From: a virus
Taxonomy: Duplodnaviria > Heunggongvirae > Uroviricota > Caudoviricetes
Direction: 5' to 3' (one strand)
Virus record (IMG/VR): IMGVR_UViG_2675903569_000005
Length of the DNA stretch: 12,944 nucleotides
Shown here in pieces: positions 1 through 6,014 of this stretch. The position numbers and the translations under genes were made by a program. A model generated the notes under the pieces. The model had not been told where the DNA came from and searched no databases. It saw only the letters and a list, made by a program, of their open reading frames with translations. Within the stretch, counting starts at the first letter, position 1, and every line of letters begins with the position of its first letter.

Positions 1-228
1 CAGGATATTGTCCAGGTCGCGACGACGCTTATCCGGTGGCTCTGCAATCACCTTTATCGCCAGCCTTCCGGACAGGTTTAATTTCAGCCGCTGCTGGCGA
101 ACAATTAGCGCCACATCACGGCGATAACGCTTTCCGGCCTCCGAGATGAAATACGTATTGCCATGACGTCGCCAGTAGGTATTCACCGTCGGCGGGTAAG
201 GCAAAACAAATTCTATGCGTTCAGTCAT
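1..228 (-). CDS. rusA: Holliday junction resolvase RusA, N-terminal 76 codons; gene continues past the window start
   Basis: Minus-strand translation from ATG at 228 gives MTERIEFVLPYPPTVNTYWRRHGNTYFISEAGKRYRRDVALIVRQQRLKLNLSGRLAIKVIAEPPDKRRRDLDNIL, matching recalled RusA motifs (LPxPP near the N-terminus, PDRRRRDLDN). Not in the ORF track because it is truncated by the window edge. The start abuts the stop of the upstream gene (TGA then ATG). Confidence 0.8.
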   Translation of the reverse strand, partial: MTERIEFVLPYPPTVNTYWRRHGNTYFISEAGKRYRRDVALIVRQQRLKLNLSGRLAIKVIAEPPDKRRRDLDNIL

Positions 229-1287
229 TCATGCTTTCCACTTCAGGACACCCGAATTTCTCGCGTGCATTAAAAAACGAATCAGCAACAACAGCTGGCT
301 GCCGTGTTTTTCTTCAAAATCTTTTACCCCGGCGTGCAGTTCGTTATGACATTTACGGCACAGCGGAATAACAAACAAATCATCAGCCTTTGTTCCCATA
401 CCTCCCAGGCCATGACCAATGATGTGATGCGGATCATCTGCCTGATTACCGCACGTCATGCATTTCTGCGTTTTTACCCAGCGCGTGTATACAGGCATCT
501 CTTCCCGTTGTGGTTTCTGGCGCTGGAGATACTGAGCCGGAGACTCCGGATCAACGGCGATGCTTACTAACGTCTTTTCCTGGAGTGGGGGCTGTTGCTG
601 GTGGACGTGAAGTGGCAGCGCAATATTTTTTGTGCGCTGCTTCAGTATGCTGGTGGCAGTCTGTTCTCCCGGTACGATGTCACTCTCACGGTATACGGAG
701 CGGATTTTTTCCACCGGTAATCCCAGTGAACGACACAATACAGACTCCGGAAGCGCATCAGCCACCTGATTGCAGACCGCCCACCAGGATAATTCGGCCA
801 GCGATAACTCCCTCTCCTGCGTACCGCTGATTGCGTGACGGATGACGTCAATCATCCATGCTGACAAGTTTTGGTGAGCAAGTTGCTCAAGTGATTCTGA
901 GGTCTGGTCACACAACTGGTTGTCGCAGTGCCAGCACAACACCATTGCGCCGGTACCATAACGGTGAATGACGGTTTCACTGTGGTGATAATCACCGTGT
1001 GGCCACTGGCAGGATTTAATATGGCGCAACAGCCAGTCAGACAGTGCACCAGCGCCGCCAGCAGCACGAATCACACGCTCATTGCTGAAAAATGGCAGTA
1101 ATGATTTATCCTCCGCCAGCGGCTGGCGAACGGCAGGGACGACTCCGGATGGCAGGCCGCACATGCTTTTCGGTTCCGGCTCCACCAGCACTCGAGGATT
1201 ATGAAATATCTGTATGGATTCACGGCCCGGCTTAAGGACCACCAGCCCAAGCTCAGGCACCAGAACAGGTCTAAGTAATACCCGCAC
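229..1287 (-). CDS. Prophage nin-region protein, 352 aa, likely DUF968/YdfU-like with a Cys/His-rich C-terminus (CxxC ... HH ... CxxCH)
   Basis: Long ORF in the track, sitting between a Rem-position gene and rusA as ydfU does in Qin. C-terminal CMTCGNQ...HHIIGHG...CRKCHNELH looks like a zinc-binding/HNH-like motif. GTG start at 1287 directly follows the upstream stop; an internal ATG at codon 42 is an alternative start. Family assignment is from memory. Confidence 0.6.
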   Translation of the reverse strand: MRVLLRPVLVPELGLVVLKPGRESIQIFHNPRVLVEPEPKSMCGLPSGVVPAVRQPLAEDKSLLPFFSNERVIRAAGGAGALSDWLLRHIKSCQWPHGDYHHSETVIHRYGTGAMVLCWHCDNQLCDQTSESLEQLAHQNLSAWMIDVIRHAISGTQERELSLAELSWWAVCNQVADALPESVLCRSLGLPVEKIRSVYRESDIVPGEQTATSILKQRTKNIALPLHVHQQQPPLQEKTLVSIAVDPESPAQYLQRQKPQREEMPVYTRWVKTQKCMTCGNQADDPHHIIGHGLGGMGTKADDLFVIPLCRKCHNELHAGVKDFEEKHGSQLLLLIRFLMHARNSGVLKWKA

Positions 1288-1288
1288 G

Positions 1289-1561
1289 TTACCTCCAGAT
1301 CCGTTGCTGGAAAGTGCGGGACGGACGTGGTGGGCGTTCGGAATAAGGCAGCCTGACAGAGATTATCCAGTGCCGATAGTCGAGACTGAGAGCTTTCTTA
1401 ACCTCGAACCCGCGCCTGCGGTAAGAATGAATCAGCCATTCGGCCTGTTCTTCAGTACATGGTGGGTGTTGGTACCAGTCGGTTTTAAATGCGTGTGAAC
1501 GCCGCTCATGCCGGATGGCAAGGTCGGTATCAGAATTGTGAAATTTGGTTTTGTGCGCCAT
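1289..1561 (-). CDS. Hypothetical prophage protein, 90 aa (occupies the rem position of Qin)
   Basis: ORF in the track with ATG start at 1561, stop 1 nt before the next gene start, same strand as the operon. Only a weak SD-like AGAGAA upstream. No recognisable motif. Confidence 0.45.
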   Translation of the reverse strand: MAHKTKFHNSDTDLAIRHERRSHAFKTDWYQHPPCTEEQAEWLIHSYRRRGFEVKKALSLDYRHWIISVRLPYSERPPRPSRTFQQRIWR

Positions 1562-1633
1562 CTGTTTTCTCTGCTGGCGCAGCAGGTGTCAGGTGTTCAG
1601 GCTGACGTGCGAATTGTAAACCAGAATGCCAGG

Positions 1634-1660
1634 AAAAAACAAAACCCGCCGAAGCGGGTT
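1634..1660 (-). terminator. Rho-independent terminator downstream of hok (probable hok mRNA 3' end)
   Basis: On the minus strand, hairpin AACCCGC-UUCG-GCGGGUU (plus 1643..1660) is followed at once by UUUUGUUUUUU (plus 1634..1644), about 70 nt past the hok stop. Confidence 0.6.
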
Positions 1661-1728
1661 AAGTGCGGGTGCGTTGAGGATGCCTGACACATCAGAGGTG
1701 GCGAGGGATTTCTCCCCCGCCAGGTCTC

Positions 1729-1884
1729 TTACTCCTCAGGTTCGTAAGCTGTGAAGACAGCGACCTCCGTCTGGCCGGTTCGGATTCGTACCTCGCAGAG
1801 GTCTTTCCTCGTTACCAGTGCCGTCACTATGACGGTTAAACAGATGACGATCAGGGCGATTAACATCGCCTTTTGCTGCTTCAT
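1729..1884 (-). CDS. hokD: Hok-family type I toxin (HokD/RelF-like), 51 aa
   Basis: Internal ATG at 1884 of the 70-aa track ORF gives MKQQKAMLIALIVICLTVIVTALVTRKDLCEVRIRTGQTEVAVFTAYEPEE, which matches my recollection of E. coli HokD throughout. AAGGAG lies 9 nt upstream of this ATG. Confidence 0.85.
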   Translation of the reverse strand: MKQQKAMLIALIVICLTVIVTALVTRKDLCEVRIRTGQTEVAVFTAYEPEE

Positions 1885-2143
1885 AGCCTGCTTCTCCTTG
1901 CCTTTCGGCACGTAAGAGGCTAACCTAGATTTGCCGTTCATAGATTGAGCCTCAGATTAATGTTAAGCGTCTTGCAGGACGCGTAATGTTAACTGGGGCT
2001 TTTCTCTATCTGCCTTTTGGTGTTCATGCCTGAGACAGATAGCCTCAAGCACCCGCAGTCATTCTACTTAACTAAGATTTCCCCGCAAACCGTTTTTGTC
2101 CGGCACAGTAAATATCCAACTAAACCAATGGCGTTCGCTGTAT

Positions 2144-2323
2144 TTACCGCCAGTATTCAATGCACATGACCGCCATGAACACCCCTAAAAAAAGGGCATT
2201 TATATATCCAAATATTAATATCAAAACATCAACTTTTTCCATATACCTTGCTGTGAAGATGATGGGCATACATGATACGAACAACCAGAACGCAACAAAC
2301 AAAAACTGCAATGCGTTTTTCAT
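2144..2323 (-). CDS. Small hydrophobic protein, 59 aa, two predicted TM segments; function unknown
   Basis: ATG at 2323 preceded by AGGAGG with a 4-nt spacer. Product MKNALQFLFVAFWLFVSCMPIIFTARYMEKVDVLILIFGYINALFLGVFMAVMCIEYWR. The track ORF starts at an upstream GTG (2362). Lies in a markedly AT-rich islet (about 2150..2420). Confidence 0.45.
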   Translation of the reverse strand: MKNALQFLFVAFWLFVSCMPIIFTARYMEKVDVLILIFGYINALFLGVFMAVMCIEYWR

Positions 2324-2552
2324 TATTCCTCCTACAATCAATGTGCAATTACATTTAAACACACCTCAATTTGGCCGGACATATAAATATCTAAACCAGA
2401 AAAAATCACTTACATAGCGTTACAAACTCTTTAGTCTAAATATTCATCGTAAAACATTCCCCATACTTATCAGCCCGTTCTGCGCCAGGTAGCTCATTGC
2501 CTTATCTGGGAATCTGTAATCAGGTTTCCAGATGCTGGTGGATTTTCGCGTT

Positions 2553-2810
2553 TTAGTTGTTCATAAAAGTGCACAGCTTTAACCAGTTCTTCTGATGTAA
2601 CCGGGACTGGCGGGGCAGTGAATAAGGCCTGAATTTCATAGTTCGGCCTGTCGTTACAATCCTCTTTTTTCGGTACATATTTCCAGTCACCAGACCACTA
2701 CTTCCCCTGAAAGTCCGTAACGCCTTTTTTTTCACGTAGCGATATCGCCATGCCACTGTTTTTGCTTGCCCCGCCGTTTCATGCCCTTCCTGATAATTAA
2801 CCTCGCTCAT
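2553..2810 (-). CDS. Hypothetical ORF, 85 aa in frame 1, with probable frame discontinuity; a start-less -1 frame stays open to 2494
   Basis: ATG at 2810 overlaps the stop of the upstream 58-aa gene (ATGA). The -1 frame is open from 2697 to a TGA at 2494..2496 and looks more protein-like (EDCNDRPNYEIQALFTAPPVPVTSEELVKAVHFYEQLKRENPPASGNLITDSQIRQ) but has no start codon. A8 and A6 homopolymers and an A-AAA-AAG heptamer sit at the frame junction. Confidence 0.35.
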   Translation of the reverse strand: MSEVNYQEGHETAGQAKTVAWRYRYVKKKALRTFRGSSGLVTGNMYRKKRIVTTGRTMKFRPYSLPRQSRLHQKNWLKLCTFMNN

Positions 2811-2983
2811 TCATCGCCCCACTCATCACAATATGCTTCGACCGGAGTTTTTCCTGCTTCATAATCATCACGCCATGCTTCAGCATCAGCAGCACTGCCA
2901 CCACGTAACTCTGCATAGTCCATTAACAGTTCATGCCATTCTTCAAAACTGACGTTGTATTTAGTTGAACCAAAATCAGCCAT
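2807..2983 (-). CDS. Small highly acidic protein, 58 aa; unknown function
   Basis: Not in the track (below 60 aa). Hand translation from ATG 2983: MADFGSTKYNVSFEEWHELLMDYAELRGGSAADAEAWRDDYEAGKTPVEAYCDEWGDE. Start overlaps the stop of the upstream 60-aa gene (ATGGCTGA) and its stop overlaps the next start (ATGA). 16 D/E against 4 K/R. Confidence 0.5.
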   Translation of the reverse strand: MADFGSTKYNVSFEEWHELLMDYAELRGGSAADAEAWRDDYEAGKTPVEAYCDEWGDE

Positions 2984-3158
2984 TTTGTTCTTCCTCTTCG
3001 TCTTTTATTTCGTGATATGAGTAATTGCAGTAGTTAAAGAAAATATCTTTTGCTTCGTCATGTATTTCATCAGGCGTCGCACCATCATCCACTTCGAATT
3101 CATCCTCGAAATCTCCACCGGCTATTCCCGTTTCAATAATTATTTTAAACTTTCGCAT
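2976..3158 (-). CDS. Small highly acidic protein, 60 aa; unknown function
   Basis: Track ORF MRKFKIIIETGIAGGDFEDEFEVDDGATPDEIHDEAKDIFFNYCNYSYHEIKDEEEEQNG, 19 D/E against 5 K/R. Translationally coupled to the 58-aa gene. Upstream is an AGGAGG followed by a GC hairpin and then the ATG. Confidence 0.5.
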   Translation of the reverse strand: MRKFKIIIETGIAGGDFEDEFEVDDGATPDEIHDEAKDIFFNYCNYSYHEIKDEEEEQNG

Positions 3159-3251
3159 TTAACTACCGCCCTTTCGGGCGGCCTCCTGATGTTCTGAGGG
3201 TGCAGAAATCCCTCCGGTTAAGGATTAAATTTTTAACAGAGCTAAATTTAA

Positions 3252-3608
3252 TTATTCAGTTCTGGATTTTGTCGCCCTGCGTATCCGCGCTTTCGCGTTA
3301 CGCTCAATCTGAATTAGCTTTTCTATATTTTTTCGCCTTTCCCGCTCCTCCTGACGCAAGAGCCTTACATCATCTGCCAGTCTGGTTTCTCTTTTCGCCA
3401 CAGAGAGCATCCAGTCAAATGGCTCCACAACTGCACCGCAGATTTTACAGCGGACCTGACGCTCTTTTTCGTCAACCCGGACAGAGGCGTGATGACAATA
3501 TGGTCTTTCCGATGGCTCATAAAGAAAATTAACCTGATTACGAGGGTCATCCTCTTTTACCGGAAATAAAACGATATTGCTTAACTCATCCTCTGGTTTT
3601 ATTTCCAT
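3252..3608 (-). CDS. Hypothetical protein with Cys/His cluster (CHH ... CKIC) and a basic, probably coiled-coil C-terminus, 118 aa
   Basis: ATG at 3608 preceded by AAGGAGAGGAG. The track ORF extends in frame to a GTG at 3665 (137 aa), which has its own AGGAGG upstream, so the start is ambiguous. Confidence 0.5.
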   Translation of the reverse strand: MEIKPEDELSNIVLFPVKEDDPRNQVNFLYEPSERPYCHHASVRVDEKERQVRCKICGAVVEPFDWMLSVAKRETRLADDVRLLRQEERERRKNIEKLIQIERNAKARIRRATKSRTE

Positions 3609-3665
3609 GCTCCTCTCCTTTGATGCGAATGCCAGCGGTAATTGAAGCCTGATAGCTAATTTCAC

Positions 3666-4088
3666 TCACAGTACCGCCTCCTGAAAATTACCCTGATAGA
3701 AAGCCAGTACACGCTGCATAGCTTCACTCTTCCGGCACTCGCGACAGATTATGTTTAGGCGACTGTCGTAGCGACGTATTTCTCCGTCAGGTAACGACCA
3801 GATAAGGTCCGGATCAACCACAACCGGTTTCTTCAGCTTTGCCCTCGATAATTTTTTGCGGGCATTTTGCCAGTCTTTACGAGCCTGTTCAGACGGGAAT
3901 AACCCGTAGCCAGAATTGTATACATCGCCACTGGCAACCAGCTCTCTGGCCAGAACGCTCATCAGATATCTTGTTGCCCCAGTTTTAGTTTCCAGTTGTC
4001 GTAACGTCTCGCGCCCACTCTGGCGTACGAGTTCAACAACCTGTCCTTTAATTTTTTCCCGCTCTTCTTGTGTAAAAACTTTTGCCAC
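3666..4088 (-). CDS. Hypothetical early-region protein, 140 aa, directly downstream of the replication gene
   Basis: Track ORF with GTG start at 4088 and AGGAGG 4 nt upstream. Same strand and tight spacing with neighbours. No family recognised. Confidence 0.55.
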   Translation of the reverse strand: MAKVFTQEEREKIKGQVVELVRQSGRETLRQLETKTGATRYLMSVLARELVASGDVYNSGYGLFPSEQARKDWQNARKKLSRAKLKKPVVVDPDLIWSLPDGEIRRYDSRLNIICRECRKSEAMQRVLAFYQGNFQEAVL

Positions 4089-4128
4089 AAGCCCTCCTGA
4101 AAATTACCTCATGACCAGAAATTAACAC

Positions 4129-5205
4129 TTACCCCCTGAAGCCCGGCGGAATTTCGTTATCCGGTTCAGAAATATGATTCACACAACGCTGGTTGTTCGT
4201 GCCGCTTACCGGGAGCAACCAGGGGTTCTCAAAATTCCGGTCCGGTCCAAAAAACGTCGTCGCTCGCTGAACAAATTCCGTTCCCGTTTTCCCGGTAGCC
4301 GCCAAGTATCTTGCGTAACGCCTCACGCCATCCAGCATGGCCTCTGGTGGCACCCCCTCGCGTAATCTGGCCTTCCATGCACTGAAAGCGGATTTCTTCG
4401 GGTTTGCTCCGGCACGCAACGGGTACTCCCGCCAGACCTGTTCGAACACATCCGGATAATCCACTCGTCCCACAGACAGCCCGGTGTTTTCCGGGACTAC
4501 CCGATCGGCTTCCCGCTGAATGGCGAAATCGGCTTCAGGCTGCTGCAGTTGGTGTGATTGTTCCGGCCTTGGGGTCATCACCTGCTGCACAGCGCCCGAA
4601 TCGGCTTTCAGCGCATACGCTGAATCGGCTTCCGGTGTCGTGCCTGCTGGCTGACCAGGATTGACGGTCTGAACATCCCCTGCCTGGTTCGTGGCGTTTT
4701 TTACGCCATGGACCATAGTGTTTTGATCTTCTTGATCTGTATCTTTATCTGTATCTTTATCTGTCGTGACTCGTCGTGACATGTGCGTGACATTTCGTGA
4801 CGCGCCGTGACAATCGCCATTTTGTTCCCGCTTTCTTTCCCTCTCTCGCTGCGCCCTCTTGCGCTCTGCCGGAGATTTTGCGGTTTGCGAAATATTGCCG
4901 TTGTCCTCTTTAAGCACCTGGCGTTTTTCCCATCCAGTGATTAAATCACCATCAAGTACCCGCCCCTGCATCGTCTGCAAAATTGAATCAATTACCTCTT
5001 CTGTCACGTCGAGCGCACTTGCTAAATCTTCTGTCGTGACATCAATGTGACCTCGCGTGACATTTCGTGACGCGCTCACCAGGAGGTGGATATACACTGC
5101 CATCACTGTTGCAATTGGCTGCCCTGACACCCTGGCAATTGTTCGCCACTTAGGGTCATTTGGCATGTCATGCCATAATCTGAGCCAAGCGTTAGCCATA
5201 CTCAC
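4129..5205 (-). CDS. Putative phage replication initiation protein (YdaU/DUF1376-like N-terminus), 358 aa
   Basis: N-terminus MSMANAWLRLWHDMPNDPKWRTIARVSGQ... recalls YdaU/DUF1376 replisome-organiser proteins (family from memory). Sits at the lambda O position after cro and the cII-position gene. Central low-complexity linker TDKDTDKDTD. The coding sequence contains two clusters of CGTGAC repeats. Confidence 0.65.
   Translation of the reverse strand: MSMANAWLRLWHDMPNDPKWRTIARVSGQPIATVMAVYIHLLVSASRNVTRGHIDVTTEDLASALDVTEEVIDSILQTMQGRVLDGDLITGWEKRQVLKEDNGNISQTAKSPAERKRAQRERERKREQNGDCHGASRNVTHMSRRVTTDKDTDKDTDQEDQNTMVHGVKNATNQAGDVQTVNPGQPAGTTPEADSAYALKADSGAVQQVMTPRPEQSHQLQQPEADFAIQREADRVVPENTGLSVGRVDYPDVFEQVWREYPLRAGANPKKSAFSAWKARLREGVPPEAMLDGVRRYARYLAATGKTGTEFVQRATTFFGPDRNFENPWLLPVSGTNNQRCVNHISEPDNEIPPGFRG
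4765..4811. repeat. Iteron-like array: five CGTGAC hexamers at 10-11 bp spacing; candidate origin iterons
   Basis: CGTGAC at 4765, 4775, 4786, 4796 and 4806. Flanked at 4725..4762 by an AT-rich stretch with two GATC sites and a tandem GTATCTTTATCT x2. Confidence 0.5.
5035..5071. repeat. Second iteron-like cluster (CGTGAC/TGTGAC at about 10 bp spacing)
   Basis: Hexamers at 5035, 5046, 5056 and 5066. The 21-mer GCGTGACATTTCGTGACGCGC is identical at 4785..4805 and 5055..5075. An inverted GTCACG lies at 5003. Confidence 0.45.
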
Positions 5206-5270
5206 CTCTTCTGATACCGAATCTTTTTACTCACGAGTTGCCGGAAGCGATTCGATATGGCTATTGTCAG

Positions 5271-5696
5271 TCAATGTACTGCCACAGCATTTCCTGCCGG
5301 GCCACCACGGTTCATCTGATTGAAACCGGCGATTGCCACTGCGACAAAATCATCAGCGTCTCTCACCAGTCGCTCCCGCGTCTCCACCAGCTCCCGAAAA
5401 TAAGCTGAACTGTGGCTGCGCATTCTGGCCACCAGCAAAGGTGGCATTGCCTTTTCGATCGCTGGTAACAACGCCTGAATTTTTTCAACTGCATCAGGGG
5501 TGTCTTTCTCTACCCAGCGGAAAATTTTCTGGGTATTGCGAGCCAGGGCTTCCGGATGGCTGTCGTCATACAGTTCCGGGAACGTCATTCCCAGCTCGAA
5601 ATACGCTTTGGTAATTTTCGCAGCCGGTACTTTTTCGCCGTCCGGATGCGCCCAGGCATTCATCGCCATGCGGATGTGTTCATGCTTGATTTTCAT
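5271..5696 (-). CDS. YdaT-like prophage protein at the cII position, 141 aa
   Basis: Track ORF beginning MKIKHEHI..., which resembles my recollection of Rac YdaT. ATG overlaps the stop of the upstream cro-like gene (ATGA). Confidence 0.6.
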   Translation of the reverse strand: MKIKHEHIRMAMNAWAHPDGEKVPAAKITKAYFELGMTFPELYDDSHPEALARNTQKIFRWVEKDTPDAVEKIQALLPAIEKAMPPLLVARMRSHSSAYFRELVETRERLVRDADDFVAVAIAGFNQMNRGGPAGNAVAVH

Positions 5697-5923
5697 GAAT
5701 CCCCCCCTTGGTTAGAAGGCGGATTATGATCAGAACCGGGAATGACAACCGTCGGTATGTGTAACTCATATTTGAGCGCCCCGGCAGTGACTGCCTGAAT
5801 TAGCAACGCCCATTTCCACGGAACCTCTTCCCCCCACATGCTGACTGTGGTTTTTGACGTTCCTAGAGCTGCGGCTGTTTTAACAACTCCGCCAAAATAG
5901 CCTAATACTTCTGATTTTTTCAT
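5693..5923 (-). CDS. Cro/YdaS-like HTH regulator, 76 aa
   Basis: Internal ATG at 5923 with GGAG 7 nt upstream gives MKKSEVLGYFGGVVKTAAALGTSKTTVSMW..., a helix-turn-helix pattern. Divergent from the repressor gene. The long N-terminal extension of the track ORF is hydrophobic and looks like an artifact. Confidence 0.65.
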   Translation of the reverse strand: MKKSEVLGYFGGVVKTAAALGTSKTTVSMWGEEVPWKWALLIQAVTAGALKYELHIPTVVIPGSDHNPPSNQGGDS

Positions 5924-5951
5924 GAGTCGCTCCATAAAACTGAACGTCAAA

Positions 5952-6014
5952 AGTTTAATAATCAAAACCAAAAAAGTCAAGAAACAAAACCATCTGTGTT
6001 TTAAAATCAAAACA
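5952..6014. promoter_or_regulatory. Divergent immunity control region: PR-like promoter for cro (minus), PRM-like promoter for the repressor (plus), and two operator copies
   Basis: Perfect 18-bp palindrome TGTTTT-N6-AAAACA at 5997..6014; imperfect copy AGTTTA-N6-AAAACC at 5952..5969. Minus-strand TTGACT (5980..5975)-N17-TAAACT (5957..5952). Plus-strand TAAAAT at 6002..6007, 6 nt before the repressor ATG. Confidence 0.5.

Noticed and set aside
304-1067. Track ORFs 304..570 (+), 510..830 (+), 642..851 (-) and 852..1067 (-)
   Set aside because: All are embedded in or antisense to the 352-aa gene at 229..1287 and show no motifs or coupling; the long ORF with synteny is preferred.
1729-1941. 70-aa version of the hok ORF starting at 1941
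   Set aside because: Hok proteins are about 50 aa; the internal ATG at 1884 has an AAGGAG RBS and gives a product matching HokD. The extension may be untranslated leader.
2160-2417. Plus-strand 85-aa ORF in the AT-rich islet
   Set aside because: Antisense to the 59-aa membrane protein gene, low-complexity (N/T/K-rich) product typical of AT-rich noise, no RBS.
3200-3550. ORFs 3200..3532 (+) and 3365..3550 (-) overlapping the 3252..3608 gene
   Set aside because: Alternative frames of the same DNA; the chosen frame has a strong RBS and fits operon polarity.
4725-5075. Repeat clusters considered as a possible CRISPR array or tandem-repeat minisatellite
   Set aside because: Units are 6 bp at helical-turn spacing, not 28-37 bp repeats with unique spacers, and they lie inside a coding gene; iterons fit better.
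4174-5323. Short plus-strand ORFs (4174..4365, 4404..4664, 4859..5050, 5057..5323) inside the replication gene
   Set aside because: Antisense to a long gene with recognisable N-terminal homology; no independent support.
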